Source: Chlorokybus atmophyticus
Lineage: Eukaryota > Plantae > Mesostigma and Chlorokybus algae
DNA length: 64,000 nucleotides
Direction: 5' to 3'
NCBI GenBank assembly: GCA_009103225.1
Contig: RHPI01003603.1
Span: 23,480-87,479 of the forward strand
Positions 50,706-64,000 of the stretch are shown piece after piece (position 1 is the first letter of the stretch; each line of letters begins with the position of its first letter). The notes below the pieces were generated by a model. The model was not told the origin of the DNA and made no database searches. It saw only the letters and a list, made by a program, of their open reading frames with translations. A program made the translations under genes and the position numbers.

Positions 50706-52516
50706 CGCCACCGCCGCCGCCGCCGCCCACGCCTGCACCCACGCTAGCAACCATCTCACTCATATGCTTATTGTCAGGGATAGGGTTTGGGCCCTGAGTT
50801 AGGGCCTCCAGATTGGTCGCTAACGTTAAAATATTGGAGGCTCGCAACTTCAAGTCTTGCCTGACAGATTGGCTTCCAGCAACGCTGCCCATGACTAACC
50901 AGTGCGCAAACCTGTAAGTGGATGAAGCTCATGCATGTGTGGTTGCTTTGCATTATAGTTTCAAGTGCAAACTGGCAATGCGAGGATGTGTAGAGCCAAG
51001 TGTTTAGCAGTACATAAATGATAGCGTGGCACTGATGAACAGCCGAGGTGTGGCAATGCAATGATCATTGCATTACATACCTTATGTAATCCATGTAATT
51101 AAGAGATTGACGGTGCATGCAATGCCTCCCTTCTTGAGGGCAGCGTATTCAGTGTGTGCCAATTGCAGCCTTCAATGCAGCATAGTGTACCTTTTCATTT
51201 GTCGACTGAAATCAAGAACTTTTATTGACATTCATGCAAGGCTCCATGTATGAACAAGTGCACAGTTCGTAGTGTGTTCGCATGAAGTGCATGGCACCCT
51301 TTTTTGACTGGCTTGTCCAACTCCAATACGAGCAAAAGACAACAAGCTGGGTTGAATGTGCATGTTTTCTTGACTCGTTTACTTGCAGGTTGCAGCCCGC
51401 TTCATTTACACGTGGCATGTCGCACAATCCGATGGGACACTTTTTGTACACAGTTACGGGAACTTTTCATTATTTAGTACTCTGCATGACTTCGATTAAT
51501 GTAATCAATCCTCCTACAGCTACTGAATCATAAGGACTCCATTGACTCATGTGTCTTGCAGCACAGTGTGGTCCTCCGCTTCAAGGCGGCAAGATATGGG
51601 AGTTCCATTTGGTTGGCTAGTATAAGTATAAGACGTTTTCAAGTTTTACGGCTACCCTGCTCATGTTGTCTAATTTTTTACGGACATATATACATGCTAT
51701 GAATACTTGGGTAGCAAGTTTTGCCGACAGGTACATATTTTAATTGAACTTTTTGCCCCATTATATTGAGAAATACTGCATCCGCGGTCTCGAATACGGC
51801 GCCACAATTGGGGTGTGAGAGGTCTGCCTCAAAGTGAATTAACCCTTGCTTAGCGACTCACGAAACTCCCGCGGAATAACGTAAAACTTGAATCCGCATA
51901 AAGTTGCATGAGATTTTAAAGTAGGGTCTTTACAACTATATAAATACAGTGCAAAAAACCATCCCATTTGAGCTTATAGTACATAACCAAATAATGACGT
52001 GCTTATATTTTGGGTAGTCGCACCCGTTTTCTCCTAAAGTGTCCATGCCAAATTCTATAACTTCCGGCCTGAAAAGCCGTTTGCCTGAGTTATAGGCTCT
52101 AAGGGTAGCTATCTTAATAAGGTTTAAGGTAAGAGATTTTAAGGTAAGGTTGAAGCTAAGAATCAGATAAAAAAGGGACGAATGAGGGAGTCTTCTTCAA
52201 GAGACACACGGCGTTTCACGACGTCGTGGCTTTGTGTGCCATGCGCACGGTGGCAACACGTGACCTCCCTCCCGGCTAGGCGCAGGAGGCTATCCGTAGG
52301 AGCTGCCGTCGTGGCGGTGGTACCGGGCTGGACGGGCGCACATGGCCGATGGAGGGACGTGCTGCTCGCGGCAGCGGCGTAGGCAGCACTTACGCCGTTG
52401 TTGTTTGTTTAGGCACGGACCGCAGTATATGCTGTAACTTACACTTCTTGTTGGCTATTCAGTAAAGAGAGAGAGTTTGTTTGGCCTTTCAGTCGTCAAA
52501 CGCGCACGCAGCAGCA

Positions 52517-53196
52517 TGGCGACGGCACCTGATTCGGGAGTCACAGTTGCAATCCCTTATGCACCCTTGCGGATGGGACTGCTCTTCTATCTGACGTGGC
52601 TGAGCAGCTTGTGTTGCGCGTACTCGGCGATGGTGCTTCGCAAGCGCCGTGTCTCGCACAAGGCGGCAATGGCACTCGTGGTGTTGTGGCGGTCAGTACA
52701 GATGGCGTTTGTTGCGCGAGACGAGACCAACGGGCGCATAAGAAACCGTTGTCATGGGCTGGGATCACTGAAAACCGCGTTTGCCTGACATGATGGAGGA
52801 GTGTAACTGCTCGGCATATGACGAGATTTGGTTGGCGCTGTTTTGGGTTGGACCCTATGTGTTGCTCCTTTCACTATACCATGTCGCGAGCGGTTGTTGG
52901 CAACAATGCGCTCGGTGGCATACGGGATTGTTGTGATGGGTGAAAACTTGGTAGGTGTTGGCAACGCCTTGGACTTGACCTGTGTTCCCTCGGTAGCAGA
53001 CACGCCAGCAGACACGGCAGTGGGCACGTGTAAACCTGCTCCCATGGCGCACCATTGCAAAATCTGCCTGAAAGACGTAACGCATGATCACTCGTGTTTC
53101 TGTGTGCATTGCGGGCGCCGCTTCTGCCTGCTCCATTGCCTTGCTGGCAACCAGCGCCGCGCTTCGCCAACATGTGGCCACGATGCCCAATTTTAG
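52517..53196 (+). pseudogene. Degenerate fragment ending in an AN1-like zinc finger
   Basis: HCKICLKDVTHDHSCFCVHCGRRFCLLH matches the first part of the AN1 Cys/His spacing. The upstream frames are interrupted, and an F-box-like start (LLSDVAEQLVLRVL) is weak. Confidence 0.3.
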
Positions 53197-54043
53197 ACTG
53201 CCCAGGGTAAGTTTTTGTTGCGTAAACAGCAAACTGTTCAAAAGTGTGAAAACGCTGTTTCCGTTTTCGGTTGCGCGTGCATGCACAAAACCTGCACTGC
53301 GTAATACTCGTAGTGCTCTGCGTCTGGGGACAATTCTAGGCAGCTGTATGTCCAAGATGCTGAGCATGCATTCGCACACACATAAGCGCACGTGTAAAGC
53401 TTCCATTATGCCTGTGCCATATAAAATTTGTGCCAGTCAACTGATTCTTGATGCGTGCAAGATCATATGGCCCCCTTAAGCCTGCTCCAACGTACGTGTG
53501 GAGCAAGCCTCGTTAATGCGGCTTCTACGTCCATTGGCTAATGATGTTTACTGCAAAAAACAGCTTGCAGCAAGGGTGCACATGCGAAACACATTTGCAA
53601 CAGCAGCGGTGGTGCCCTGTTATGTGTGCAGTGTTCCAGAGCAGCAGTTAGCCTACGAGTTGTAGACTGCACCCACTCTCCCCTGCCGGGATGCAAAATC
53701 TGTAAAATACAAGAATCCATCACATGGTGTGAGGCATCCACCTCTGCTACACACATGGGCTGCCAACCTGCGGCCAAACGCAATCCGCATAAGGTGCACG
53801 GACACCATCCTAGTGCACTCAATAGTTGACGACTTAATCAACAACATGACCCACTGCTCACTTTACAGTTGAACATGTCCCCTGCATGTGCCATGCACAT
53901 GTACAAGACATAACCAGCGTCCATGTGTATGAGTTAAGCGCACTGTCCTAAGTTGGGAGAAGAGACTTTGTTCATTCTTCCGCGAAACAAGCATGGTCAC
54001 ACTCAACCCTAAGCCGCACACTGCAGTACTGGCACAACTGCTT

Positions 54044-54860
54044 TTACCAGTTCATTGTGTCCATAGCGTGATGAATGTCGTCATGCAGCCTGCGTCGCTG
54101 CATGGGCGTCTCGCAAAAGCACTTGCCCCCGCAAATTGGACACACAACCACCTTCTCCCCGCGGCACTGCCGGCACACGTGAACCCCAACACCATTGTAT
54201 ATCTGCGGCATTGCCAATCTATAAGTACGCATGCCCTGCAGGCTGACTGCCAAATGCAACAGCTCAATACCTTGCCTTTGGCGTTCCACAAGTTGCAGCG
54301 CACTACACCTTGCCCCTCACGCTCGTCGCATACTGGCAGCTGCAAAACGAAAACACGATTAGCAAGGATGTCTGTTGGTGTGACTGTGTCTTTGCGGTAG
54401 CGCAGTGCCCCACCTGAAACACAGGACAACCAGCGTGCGTGTCTGTGCGCATGCTGGCTCACGAAACAGTTACGCCATACGATGCCACAACAACATACTA
54501 TCCAATAACAGATGAGTGGCCAACAAGCAGTAGGATGATAACACGCGTACTTAGTGCATCACTGATCACTTTACTCAACCAGATCAAGCAACCAGGCAAT
54601 AGATGCTTAAGCATTGCGTCAGACAGGCAATGCTGCGAATAATATTGTGTTATGACAGTGCGCTCGAGCGCGGTTGACAGTTGTCCGACCTTCTTGTGGG
54701 GGACGGACAAGACTGAATGTGCCGACATGCGGACTGCATAAAGCGGCTGCGAAGTCCTCGCAGCCCTGCTGACCCCGTTGCGGTCATTTCAACACACCAT
54801 TGGTGCAGGCGGCACTGCTCGTTGAAACAACACCAGCATCGTTGTGCTCCTGACCAATCT
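54044..54860 (-). pseudogene. DnaJ-type Cys-rich zinc-finger protein, probably decayed
   Basis: VCDEREGQGVVRCNLWNAKG looks like two CxxCxGxG repeats with Cys mutated to Arg and Trp, followed by intact VCRQCRGEKVVVCPICGG. An upstream S/R/A-rich transit-peptide-like frame contains a stop. Confidence 0.45.
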
Positions 54861-55218
54861 CTGCAAGTGTGGCCTTCAGCCCCAGCACACATGCAAGCTT
54901 ATACGCAAATAGCAAGACAGTGCTTGCGTTGATGACACTGATAACTGATCATCATTCTTGTCATTACCTGACCATGGTGTTTAGAGCGGCGGTAGCGTGC
55001 ATGTCGTGCTCGCAGTGAACCCGACCACCGTTGTCACCGTCAGCTCCACCAGCAGCAGTACCGCATAGAAGCTTGTGCTTTGGCGGCACGAGCGTGAAGG
55101 ATATCACGCATGACATGTCCTGTTGGTAACAAGAATCCCTTCAGTAATGCGCACACGCATGCACGCATGTGCACACATGTCATGTGATGTTGTGTGGACA
55201 GTGAGTGTACGTTGGTCA

Positions 55219-55990
55219 TCAGTGCAAAGCGTACCCTGAAGTCGTGGGAGTGGCAGGTGTTGAGGTCGGAACTGGCGCAAGGATGGTGATGTCCCAGGAG
55301 CGTCTGTCCATGTCAGGGTGGCAGGCGTCGCCCGTCACTGACAGTGCCTGCCCCACCACCCACGACGTCCCCGCCGCTGGAGACAACACCACTAGCGCAG
55401 TCTCTGCCATACTACCTGCCACCTACACAACTTGTGTGAGCCAGCGCGTGGGCTAGATGGCACGCAGTCACTTGCGCTCATCATGATGGGCTATGACAAT
55501 GTACAGCTACATAGTGACAATCACCACCACCTGTATACGAGTCAACTTGATTGCTTGAACAGTGACGTGTAGTCTTTCATGAGCAGAGCGCCTTGGTACT
55601 GTGGCGACAGTTCAGGTCAGAGCTGCACATCGTGGACACGCTGAAGAATGCATGCTTGCCAGCGCCTCTTATGGAGGATGCAACCAGCTGAGCTTGCTTG
55701 GCTGGGCCATGAGGTAATGGTTCACAAAGTGCAGAGCAGTGATGGCCCCTGCCGTCTGTGCCATCGTCCGCGCCCTGGCTCGCTCTCGTGCACCCCCTCC
55801 TACACGCATGCACACACGCGCATCAACACCGCAGCAGTTCACTGACAGGACTTTCTGTGCCTGAACTTGTTGAGCAGGTTGCTGCGCTTACATCGGGAGA
55901 TGGGGCGACGTAAAACGTCGCGGTTGCGCCTGGCGGCAAGGTCGTTGCAGCAGCAGCAAGTAACAGCAGCATAACAATCGCCAACCTGTT
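55219..55990 (-). pseudogene. Fragment of a putative secreted protein
   Basis: Signal-like LAIVMLLLLAAAATTLPPGATA followed by TFYVAPS...C...SGTESP, typical of the start of some secreted beta-helix/adhesin-like proteins. Downstream exons could not be joined convincingly. Confidence 0.25.
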
Positions 55991-56460
55991 ACGCTCATCC
56001 CAGCTCCAGCCGACCTCTCCGCATGCGCAAAAGTCTATGTGGCACATGCGCCACACGGCGCCAATAGGCACGCACGTGTGCGTTTGTGCCTATTGGCGCT
56101 GCATTGCTTGCGATAGCTGTGTGCGCCGCGCGCAAGCTATGCTTCGGCTGTGTGCTTGCTTGCGTAAAACGCATGCGCAGACAACCTTCGGCCCATCCAT
56201 CAACACGGCTAACAGAGCAGGGCGTAGCAGTCCGCTACAGTATACCAGCAGGGCTCTGGTGTACGGTATGCGCCGGTCCTTGACGCCATAGACACAACAA
56301 CAGCACACAAACAACATGTTGGGTATGGTGAGGCATATCCGTCCCACAGGATAGGTGTTTGCTTTGAGGTCGCGCGGTGCGATTTGCCAGCAAGTGGCGC
56401 AGCAGGGCACTACTTGTTCGCACTGCCAATTGCAACAGTTTGGTTTGTCAAGTGCATTGT

Positions 56461-56472
56461 TGCCACGTGGCA
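56461..56472. promoter_or_regulatory. Perfect palindromic G-box (TGCCACGTGGCA) just upstream of the FHA gene
   Basis: 12-bp palindrome ending 14 nt before the ATG at 56486. Confidence 0.45.
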
Positions 56473-56485
56473 GGTCCGAGGCAAG

Positions 56486-57375
56486 ATGACGGCGGCGGCG
56501 GCGATGGCGATGGCCGGGGTGGTGGTCGCCAGGCCGAAGGCGTTCGTGCTGCCTGCACGCAGGCCTTCGTCGTCCGCGGCGGTGCGGTCATGGAGGCGGG
56601 CTTCGCCCATTCTGTGCATGGCACAGAAGTGGGTGCTTGTCCCTTCAGGCGACGGCGACACCCGGCACCTGCCCGAGCCGACGCCCATGCCGGGCGCCAT
56701 CGACCTCAGCGACATCGGCAGCGTGGTCATTGGCAGGGAGGCTGAGAAGGCGGACGCCGTGCTGCCGGTGGCTACCGTCTCGGGCAAGCACGCCCGCCTG
56801 GATCGCCGCGCTCAGGGGGAGTATTGGGTGTCTGACCTTGGTAGCACAAACGGCACCTACATCAACGGCTCCAGACTCAAGCCAAACCAGGCCGCCCGTG
56901 TTAACCCTGGCGTTGAGATCACCTTCGGTAAGCTCAACATTGCCTCTCCCAATAAGAAGATTGTAAAGCCTCGCTTACACTGGGCTTGCTTCTAGTCCCC
57001 AGCGTTAGGGTTTCTGCTTGCATGGGCTTCTGTTCTTTGACGTATTTTGCTGAAGAGTTTTGGAGTGGAGCAAGCTGTTTACACATTCTGTCTCTGCTGA
57101 CATCCATGCTTGCTTCCAGTCCCGTTTTCAGAGGTTCTGCTGCTTGCATGTACTTTTGTTGCTAAAGTGCGCTTCAGAGTGTTGGTCGAGCAAGCTATCT
57201 ACGCATGCTGTCTCAGCTCTCTTCTAATTGAGGGTCGTTGCATTACTATGGGGTCGCAGGGGATGTCCATCTGGCCAAGTTTGTGCTCAAAGTTGAAGAG
57301 GAGGAAGACAAGCCTGCTGAACCTGAGGCTGCTGAAGCTCCCGCTGGAGCTCCTGCTGAAGAGTCATCCGCTTGA
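56486..57375 (+). CDS. Plastid-targeted FHA-domain protein (2 exons)
   Basis: A/S/R-rich transit-peptide-like N-terminus and an FHA core (VVIGR...VATVSGKHARL...VSDLGSTNGTYING). Phase-1 splice 56927/57261 gives ITF|GDVHLAKF and an acidic tail. Confidence 0.9.
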
Positions 57376-60350
57376 AATGACGCAGAGAACAGTAAGAATT
57401 ATGTGAACTCATCAACAACCCAGCAAGATATATTGAACCTAGTTAGTGCGGTTGTAGTCTCGCCCCTTGCGCTGAACATGATCATGAAAATATAGTGGGG
57501 TTTTTGTTTGATTTGTAGAGTTGTCCTTCAATAGCTACCGGCAGTACAGTCTCATATGTGGTATCTGCATGTCCTGCATGGTTGCATTCAGACATTGGAA
57601 ATTTTAAGTATCCCGGTTGCATCTTATGCGGCTGCGGGGATTTGCCCACATTCAAAACATGCATGTCTGTGGTTATCTGCACGCGTACAATGTGTGGGCT
57701 GTTGCAGAGGCAAGCTGCATTGTGCGGGTTTGGTATGCTTGCAGATTGCTGCCGCACCTCCATTGTTGTGCTGGTGGTCATTGCATAGGCAAAAACAATG
57801 CGTGAACTGCAATGATGGACATGAACAATGCCAAGCACACATGCACGCTCAGCAGCAGTCGTACCAGCAAATGCAAAGCGGACAGTGTATAGCATGTGTT
57901 ATGTTGCCTTTGCATCCATGCCCAACATCAACTATGTTCAGGCTGTCCCTCGCACAAAAGGTCCAAGATGCATAATGTGTAAGATGCAGTATACTCAGCA
58001 CATGTGTAGAATATTTTTAGAGCTTTCAGTGCACTCGTGCTGTTGGTATATGCCTTATTGCATACATTGCACACAAGCCCAAGCACATGCCATGCAATGT
58101 TTGGAGCTTCAAACTTGTCCTAGTGCGGCACATATGTGAGGATGTGCGCCTGCTGTATGATGTGTGCATGGTGACATGTACTGTGTGCTCATGCGGCTGG
58201 AGGTACCACTGCTGCTGCAAGCTACTACAGCCGTCATGAGTCAGCACTGCACATAGCCCAGCACCCTTAGTTCTTTGGGTTGTTGGCTTTGTGTGTAACC
58301 AGTTGGTATGCTTTGGCCTGCTGGTTGGTTTGTGCGTGTGTGTCACAGCGTGCTTGAGTGAATGTGTGTGATGAATGCGTGGGATTTGTGATTATTATAC
58401 CCTATGTAACGCATGACACGATGCATGAGCAAGCACGCCTCGCATTGTTTGTACAATGGTTTGCCTACACTTGTGGTTTGCGAATCTGCTGTATGTGGGC
58501 ATATGGATGCCGTATCAACATAAATTACACTCTTTCGATCAGAGTGCTCCAGAGCTGCTAATAGCTTTGTTGCATGGCTATGGTTGCTTGCCTGATATGG
58601 TGTTGTAGTGAGTAATTGCGAATAATTGGCTTGTATTGGCAATAGTCATACTTGTAAAAGCAAATTTAGCATGCATGAATGCATTGTTGGATTACCGTTT
58701 TTGATTGCCTTGTTGTAAACCAAACCAAAAAAAAAAATACAACAAAAAACTGCGTTTGTGCATTGACATAATGGATTGCACACCTCGAGCTCGTATGATG
58801 TGAGCAAAACATGTGAAGTCAACAATTGGTACTTATGGATTAATGATTGAGGGCTTGAAATATATTGCACTATAAGTATACACCCTTTAGCCGACTTTTT
58901 GAAATATTTAAGTAAAACACGAATAGCATTATGCACAATGGAGCCGTTGTTGGCATTACATTATTAAAGCTTTAACAGAAGGCTTGGTTGTGATGTAGCT
59001 AACGATATGAAGGGTTGTATGAAGCCTTCATTACAGTGCAGCACTGTAAAACTCAAACCAAATAATGCATTACAAGACAAATATAATTGAGCAAGTACAA
59101 ATGTATTATTTCATTAACAACATGTTAATGTATGTGCAATCGTTAAGTTTTTAAAATTTCCTTTTTAATGTTACCAATAAGATGGCGCCTCAAGCAAATG
59201 TACAAAGCAATTTACATGCGTATGTACCCATTGCTTGACTACCATCAATAGTTTTTTCGCTAGCAACAACAAATGTTTTGCATTGACTTTGTGGTGGCTA
59301 TAAACTTATCTCATGCAAGAATACAAGTATAGCCATAAATCACAGGAGAAGCTGACAACGGCTATGCTCCCACATAGCGTAAATGAGTTGTTCGTATAAT
59401 CGTCTCTATTTGGTAAATGCTGAATCATCATTGCAATCCTTTACGTGCATTGACAAGCGCTGCCAAATATGCAATGTTAGTGAGATACAACGAGTTGAGT
59501 TTAAACTTCGTTAACTTTGCTTGTGTTGCGCCGCTCACTTAATAGCGGCAGAGATCATCGTGCCGATAGCATAGCTGCACAAAGCAAAGAACTCATGCAA
59601 ACAAAACAATGCCCTCGCGAAGAGGTTAATTTAACTACAGGAGAAGGAGGAACTCCAGCTAAGAAAGAACAGTCCATCTGCATTAAACACCAAACTGCAT
59701 GTCTAAAATTATAAGATATGTTCTCGGTCAGAGGGCTTGTACGTACTTGGTATGAAGCGCGTTTTGTCTTATATAAGTATGTATGTAATTGTATTATAGT
59801 TGTTTCGTGTGCATATCATGTTTGCAGAGCAGTTTCAACTTGGCTTCAAATGGAAGCCGTCGTGATGTATGTATTTTCAAAAGACAAATTTCGGATTCAC
59901 TTTCACAACAAGTTGTCACACTTAATTATAGTTAGGGAGGCGCACAGATCAAAGGCTTGCAAGGAGATAACGTGCCATCATATACATGAAATGCATAACC
60001 TGAGCGTATATTGTGTCGCAAGTGGCTTTGTCAACCCCAATTTTGCAATAATTCAGCCAAAGTGTGGCCTGTTACATGAGTAGATTTAACGTAGCTTAGA
60101 GCCAATGATCGAGCCAATAAGGAACAAAGAGCCACATTAACTTCTTACACCTATTGATTGGAACACTAGTTACCAGCCACCATTGACACAACAGTGCACT
60201 GTTATCCTGAACAGATTGTCGGTTACACAACAAGGGAGGGATCATTAAGCACGGAAGTGTATGTGCTTCCGGAAGTCCATACGCCAGCCTCAGAAGGAAT
60301 CATAGTTTTTGGTTTCCCTTCCGTCAACTTTGTCGTCGGCGGCGGGCGGG

Positions 60351-63300
60351 ATGGCGGCGCCTCGCGGCGGCAGGGTGTTGCTGGGGGGTGCTGGTGCCCG
60401 GCTGACTCCTGAGGACGTGCGTGCCGTGGCTGTGCGCGGTGTGCGGGTGGAGCTTGACGCCGCCGCCGTCGAGCGCCTGCACAGGCTGCAGGGACCCAAG
60501 CAGGAGGAGGAGGCCTCCTCTGCGCTGCACTCTCTCGCTGCCGTTCCTCCCACTGTCGACCATGCCGCTGCTTCCAACACCCCCGAGCTCCTCACTGAGC
60601 AGGTCAACATGCGCATGCTGTTCGCGTACAACGCTACTGATGCGGGCGCCGTACTACCATGACTGCATGCCATATGTGCATTGCAAGTATGCACTGCATT
60701 GGCACATTGGCTAACACCTACTTGTTACACTTCGTAGGTGGTGTCTGGGGTCGCTTTGCGTACTACTAAGTTTGTAACAGCGCATTTGCTGTGCACTCTG
60801 GCATGGCAGTTGTTGCTTCCTTGTTCATGCATTTCACATGCATGCCTAGTATATGGCTCAGAGGTCGGTTGCAAACATGAGTGATTGAGCATGCGATATG
60901 TGTAAGGTATTGAGCTACTTGCAATGCTTCAGGTTAGAGCAGCGTTGTTGGTGTTGGCAGCCGAGCTTCTGCGCTGTCGCCCGCCTCCTCGCGCCACCCT
61001 CCCCCGCTTCATCATTGGTGCACTCAACGCGGGTCTTCACGCTCAGCTTCCTCACTGCGCATCCGACGCGCAAGCATTGAAGCACATTGCCACATTCATC
61101 TGTGCGGGGCCACAGCAAGATGCGCCGGAGACGCTGTCCGCGGCCGGGTTGGCCCCGCCGGGACTCACGCCGGCGGAGCGCAACTGGCTGCAGCAGAGTT
61201 GTTGCGTGTCCAATGCGCTCGCGGCTCTCGCCGTGTGTGCGTGCCGCGCGTTGCTCGGGCCCGCCGACGCTATTGCTGCGCTCACGTGTGAAGCGCTACA
61301 GTCGCAGACTGCTGCGTTTGAAGCCAATCTGCAGGATGCACGCCCGCACAAATCCCAGCTGGATGTCGCTTCAGACCTCAGGTACAGATTGTTTGTCACA
61401 GACGCTGAGTACAGCTGTTGTGTACAGAGTCACCACCACTACCACGAACTACAGCATACATACACAATCACATGCAAGCACGTGTACACACAAATGTTTT
61501 TTGCACGCATATAGGCATGCGCGTGTGCACATACGCGCGCATACTGTAGGTCCCTGCTTGAGGGCTCCAAATGCGTGAATGCACGCAAAGGAGGGATTAC
61601 ACCAGCTTCGGTGCGCGCTGTGCCTCAACACCACGGCCCCATTCGCGACGCTTGCAAGGTACACACACAGCGGGACGTTGTTTTTGTGGGGCCGTATGTT
61701 AATCCTGTCTTCAACTTGCAGGCAGCCAATGCTGCAGTCAGCATCGAGCTCAACGGTGGCGGGGAGCCACCGGCTGCAGCAGACAAGAAGGGTGCAGACA
61801 CGCTGCCACCGCCGGTGCCATCTCCCGTCGTAGCCACAGCCATGGCTGACCTCCAGCTGGCACTGTGCCGACTGGCTTCCGGCAGCTTGCGACGCACGCA
61901 CGCAATGTTAGGTAAGTACTTAACTTGACCGCTTGGGATGGTGTGCGTGTTATCTCACATTGTTTGGTCTGGCATCTCAGGTGCATTGCAAGGCTTGCAA
62001 GGCATTGAGGAGAGCAGCCGCGCTATGCTTCAGAACATGCATCTGGTACATGCACGATAGCTCAGCTAGGTGTTCAACCTGTGGCACACACACGCACACA
62101 CGCGCAGGCATTCGTATGCACACGCATGCATGCAATGAACCACAACCTTGACACTTCTTGTGCAGGAAACAGAAGCCAGTGTGGCTGCTGTGCGCCAAGA
62201 TGCGGGGCGCTTGGCGGGTTCGTTGGCTGCCGCTGAGATCGCGCCTGAGAGTTACGAGGACGTGTCCACATCGCTTCCAACAGTCGCAGCAGCATTGGCA
62301 GCGGAGTCTGCTGCACGCGTGGCCCGCGCAGCACTCGTGCTCGAAGCCTCTGCAGCAATGCAAGTTTTGAGCTCACGTGAAGCCACGCAAGCCGCGAGAA
62401 CAACAAAACCAGAAGCAACGCAAGAACCCGCGGCGGCGAGTAGCAAACCTAACGCAGCTGAAGAAGATGAGAACGGCGGGAAGAAGAGTGCAAGACCACC
62501 AAAGAAGGGTGGGAAAGGTGGTGCACTAGCAGGCCTTCAGCTTGGTAAAGGCACGAGCATACTCTACAACTTCCTCAAAAGCCGCTGCGTCGAGGAAGGC
62601 ACGGGTGGGGGTAAGGTCGACGTCAACGCCATCGATAAGGCCCTCGCGCCCGACACGGATACCCTGGACAAGCTCCTGGAGGACTTGCGGGTGGCCATCG
62701 AGAGCAACGAGAGCAGACGGAAGCCGAAGATTGCCAAAGGCACGCGGGATTTCTTGCCGGAACAGATGGCTATACGGGAGAGGGCTTTTGGAACCATTGT
62801 GCAGGTGTTCAAGCGCCATGGTGCTGTTGCACTCGATACGCCTGTGTTTGAGCTGCGGGAGACACTCACTGGCAAGTACGGAGAGGACTCAAAGCTCATT
62901 TATGACTTGGCCGATCAGGTGAGATCACAAGTGCAAGCAAAAGGCAATCTGCCTTTCAAGTTGTTGGTTGTGTGCGCCTGCATGCGCATGTGTGCCTGTG
63001 CATGCGTGTGCGTGTGTGACGTAACATGTACTGATCAGGCTTCATGTTGTTGTGCAGGGTGGTGAGCTGTTGTCTCTTCGGTACGACTTGACCGTGCCCT
63101 TTGCGCGTTACCTGGCGATGCACAATGTCGGCAACATCAAGCGCTACCACATAGCGCGCGTGTACAGGAGGGACAACCCGGCGATGAACCGCGGCCGATT
63201 CCGCGAGTTCTATCAATGCGATTTCGACATCGCCGGCTCATACCCAACAATGGTCCCGGACTCGGAGGTCCTTCGCGTGCTCGTAGAAATACTCGAAGAG

Positions 63301-64000
63301 CTTCGCATAGGCGACTTTGAGGTCAAGTTGAACCACAGAGCGCTACTCGATGCCACACTCGACCTCGCCGGCGTGCCCTCAAACAAGTTTCGAACCATTT
63401 GCTCATCAATCGATAAGCTTGATAAGGAGCCTTGGGATGAGGTTCGCAGAGAGATGGTCGAGGACAAGGGCTTACCCGCAGATGTAGCCGACCGTGTCGG
63501 CGAGCTCGTGCAACAACGAGGCGAACCCAACGCATTGTTGGAAACGCTCATGAGTGACAAAAGTGCATTCGCCTCACATGCGGGTGCGAAGCAGGCGTTG
63601 GATGAGCTTAAAGTCCTGTTTCAGTATCTCAAAGCTTTGAGAGTGTTGCACAGGTTTGTGTTTGACCTCAGCCTTGCGCGCGGCCTGGACTATTACACGG
63701 GTGTCATATACGAGGCCGTGTTTAAAGGCGAGTCTCAAGTTGGGTCCATCGCTGCGGGTGGCCGATACGACACGCTCGTGGGCATGTTCAGCGGCAAGCA
63801 GGTGCCCTGCGTGGGCGTGAGTTTCGGCATCGAGCGCGTGTTCTCCATCATGGAAGACATTGAGCGAGCGAAGTCCTCTGTCATACGCGCCACGCAGACG
63901 GAAGTCCTCGTTGCAAGCATCGGCTCGGACTTGTTGACCCAACGTATGGAAGTCGCGGCTGAGCTGTGGGCCGCCGGTGTGAAGACGGAGTACTTGTTCA
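60351..64000 (+). CDS. HARS: Cytosolic histidyl-tRNA synthetase with N-terminal histidine-ammonia-lyase-like domain, truncated by the window end
   Basis: HAL-like part: [53 protein letters not shown]. Class II core: [26 protein letters not shown]|[61 protein letters not shown]. Confidence 0.96.

Noticed and set aside
52105-52160. TTAAGGTAAG repeats as an interstitial telomere
   Set aside because: Only 2-3 irregular units that do not match TTTAGGG or TTAGGG arrays.
5400-62100. Many ORF-track entries rich in HTHT, CVCV, RERE, SLSL or ARAR
   Set aside because: They are translations of intronic (CA)n/(GT)n/(CT)n/(GC)n tracts or antisense frames of real exons.
1-64000. rRNA, tRNA, CRISPR arrays or prokaryotic/viral inserts
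   Set aside because: No cloverleaf or rRNA signatures, no repeat-spacer arrays, and all recognisable genes are spliced eukaryotic types.

Overview
Eukaryotic genomic DNA, intron-rich, with (CA)n/(GT)n/(CT)n tracts in introns and three N gaps. The gene set points to a green-lineage (Viridiplantae) alga, possibly an early-diverging streptophyte; this is inferred from plant-type FKBP42/TWD1, NADK3, PRMT7, a transit-peptide FHA protein and a HAL-like-fused HisRS. Gene models were assembled by hand from GT/GC-AG splice phases, so exon boundaries are best estimates. From left to right the window holds: a decayed LINE-like ORF1; a decayed intron-containing pogo/Tigger transposon abutting a GT29 pseudogene; an intact GT29 sialyltransferase-like gene; a small secreted Cys-rich protein; a SIN1/Avo1 (TORC2 subunit) homolog with CRIM, RBD-like and PH regions; FKBP42; a coiled-coil protein; AP-2 mu; NADK3 plus a probably artefactual partial duplicate; PRMT7; KLHDC4; a frameshifted F-box gene; a 5x RanBP2-zinc-finger/Shg1(BOD1) fusion; several decayed gene fragments; a plastid FHA protein; and a HisRS that runs off the window end. 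The strongest signal is the SIN1 homolog, because TORC2 subunits are generally regarded as absent from plants and green algae. No rRNA, tRNA or CRISPR array was seen.
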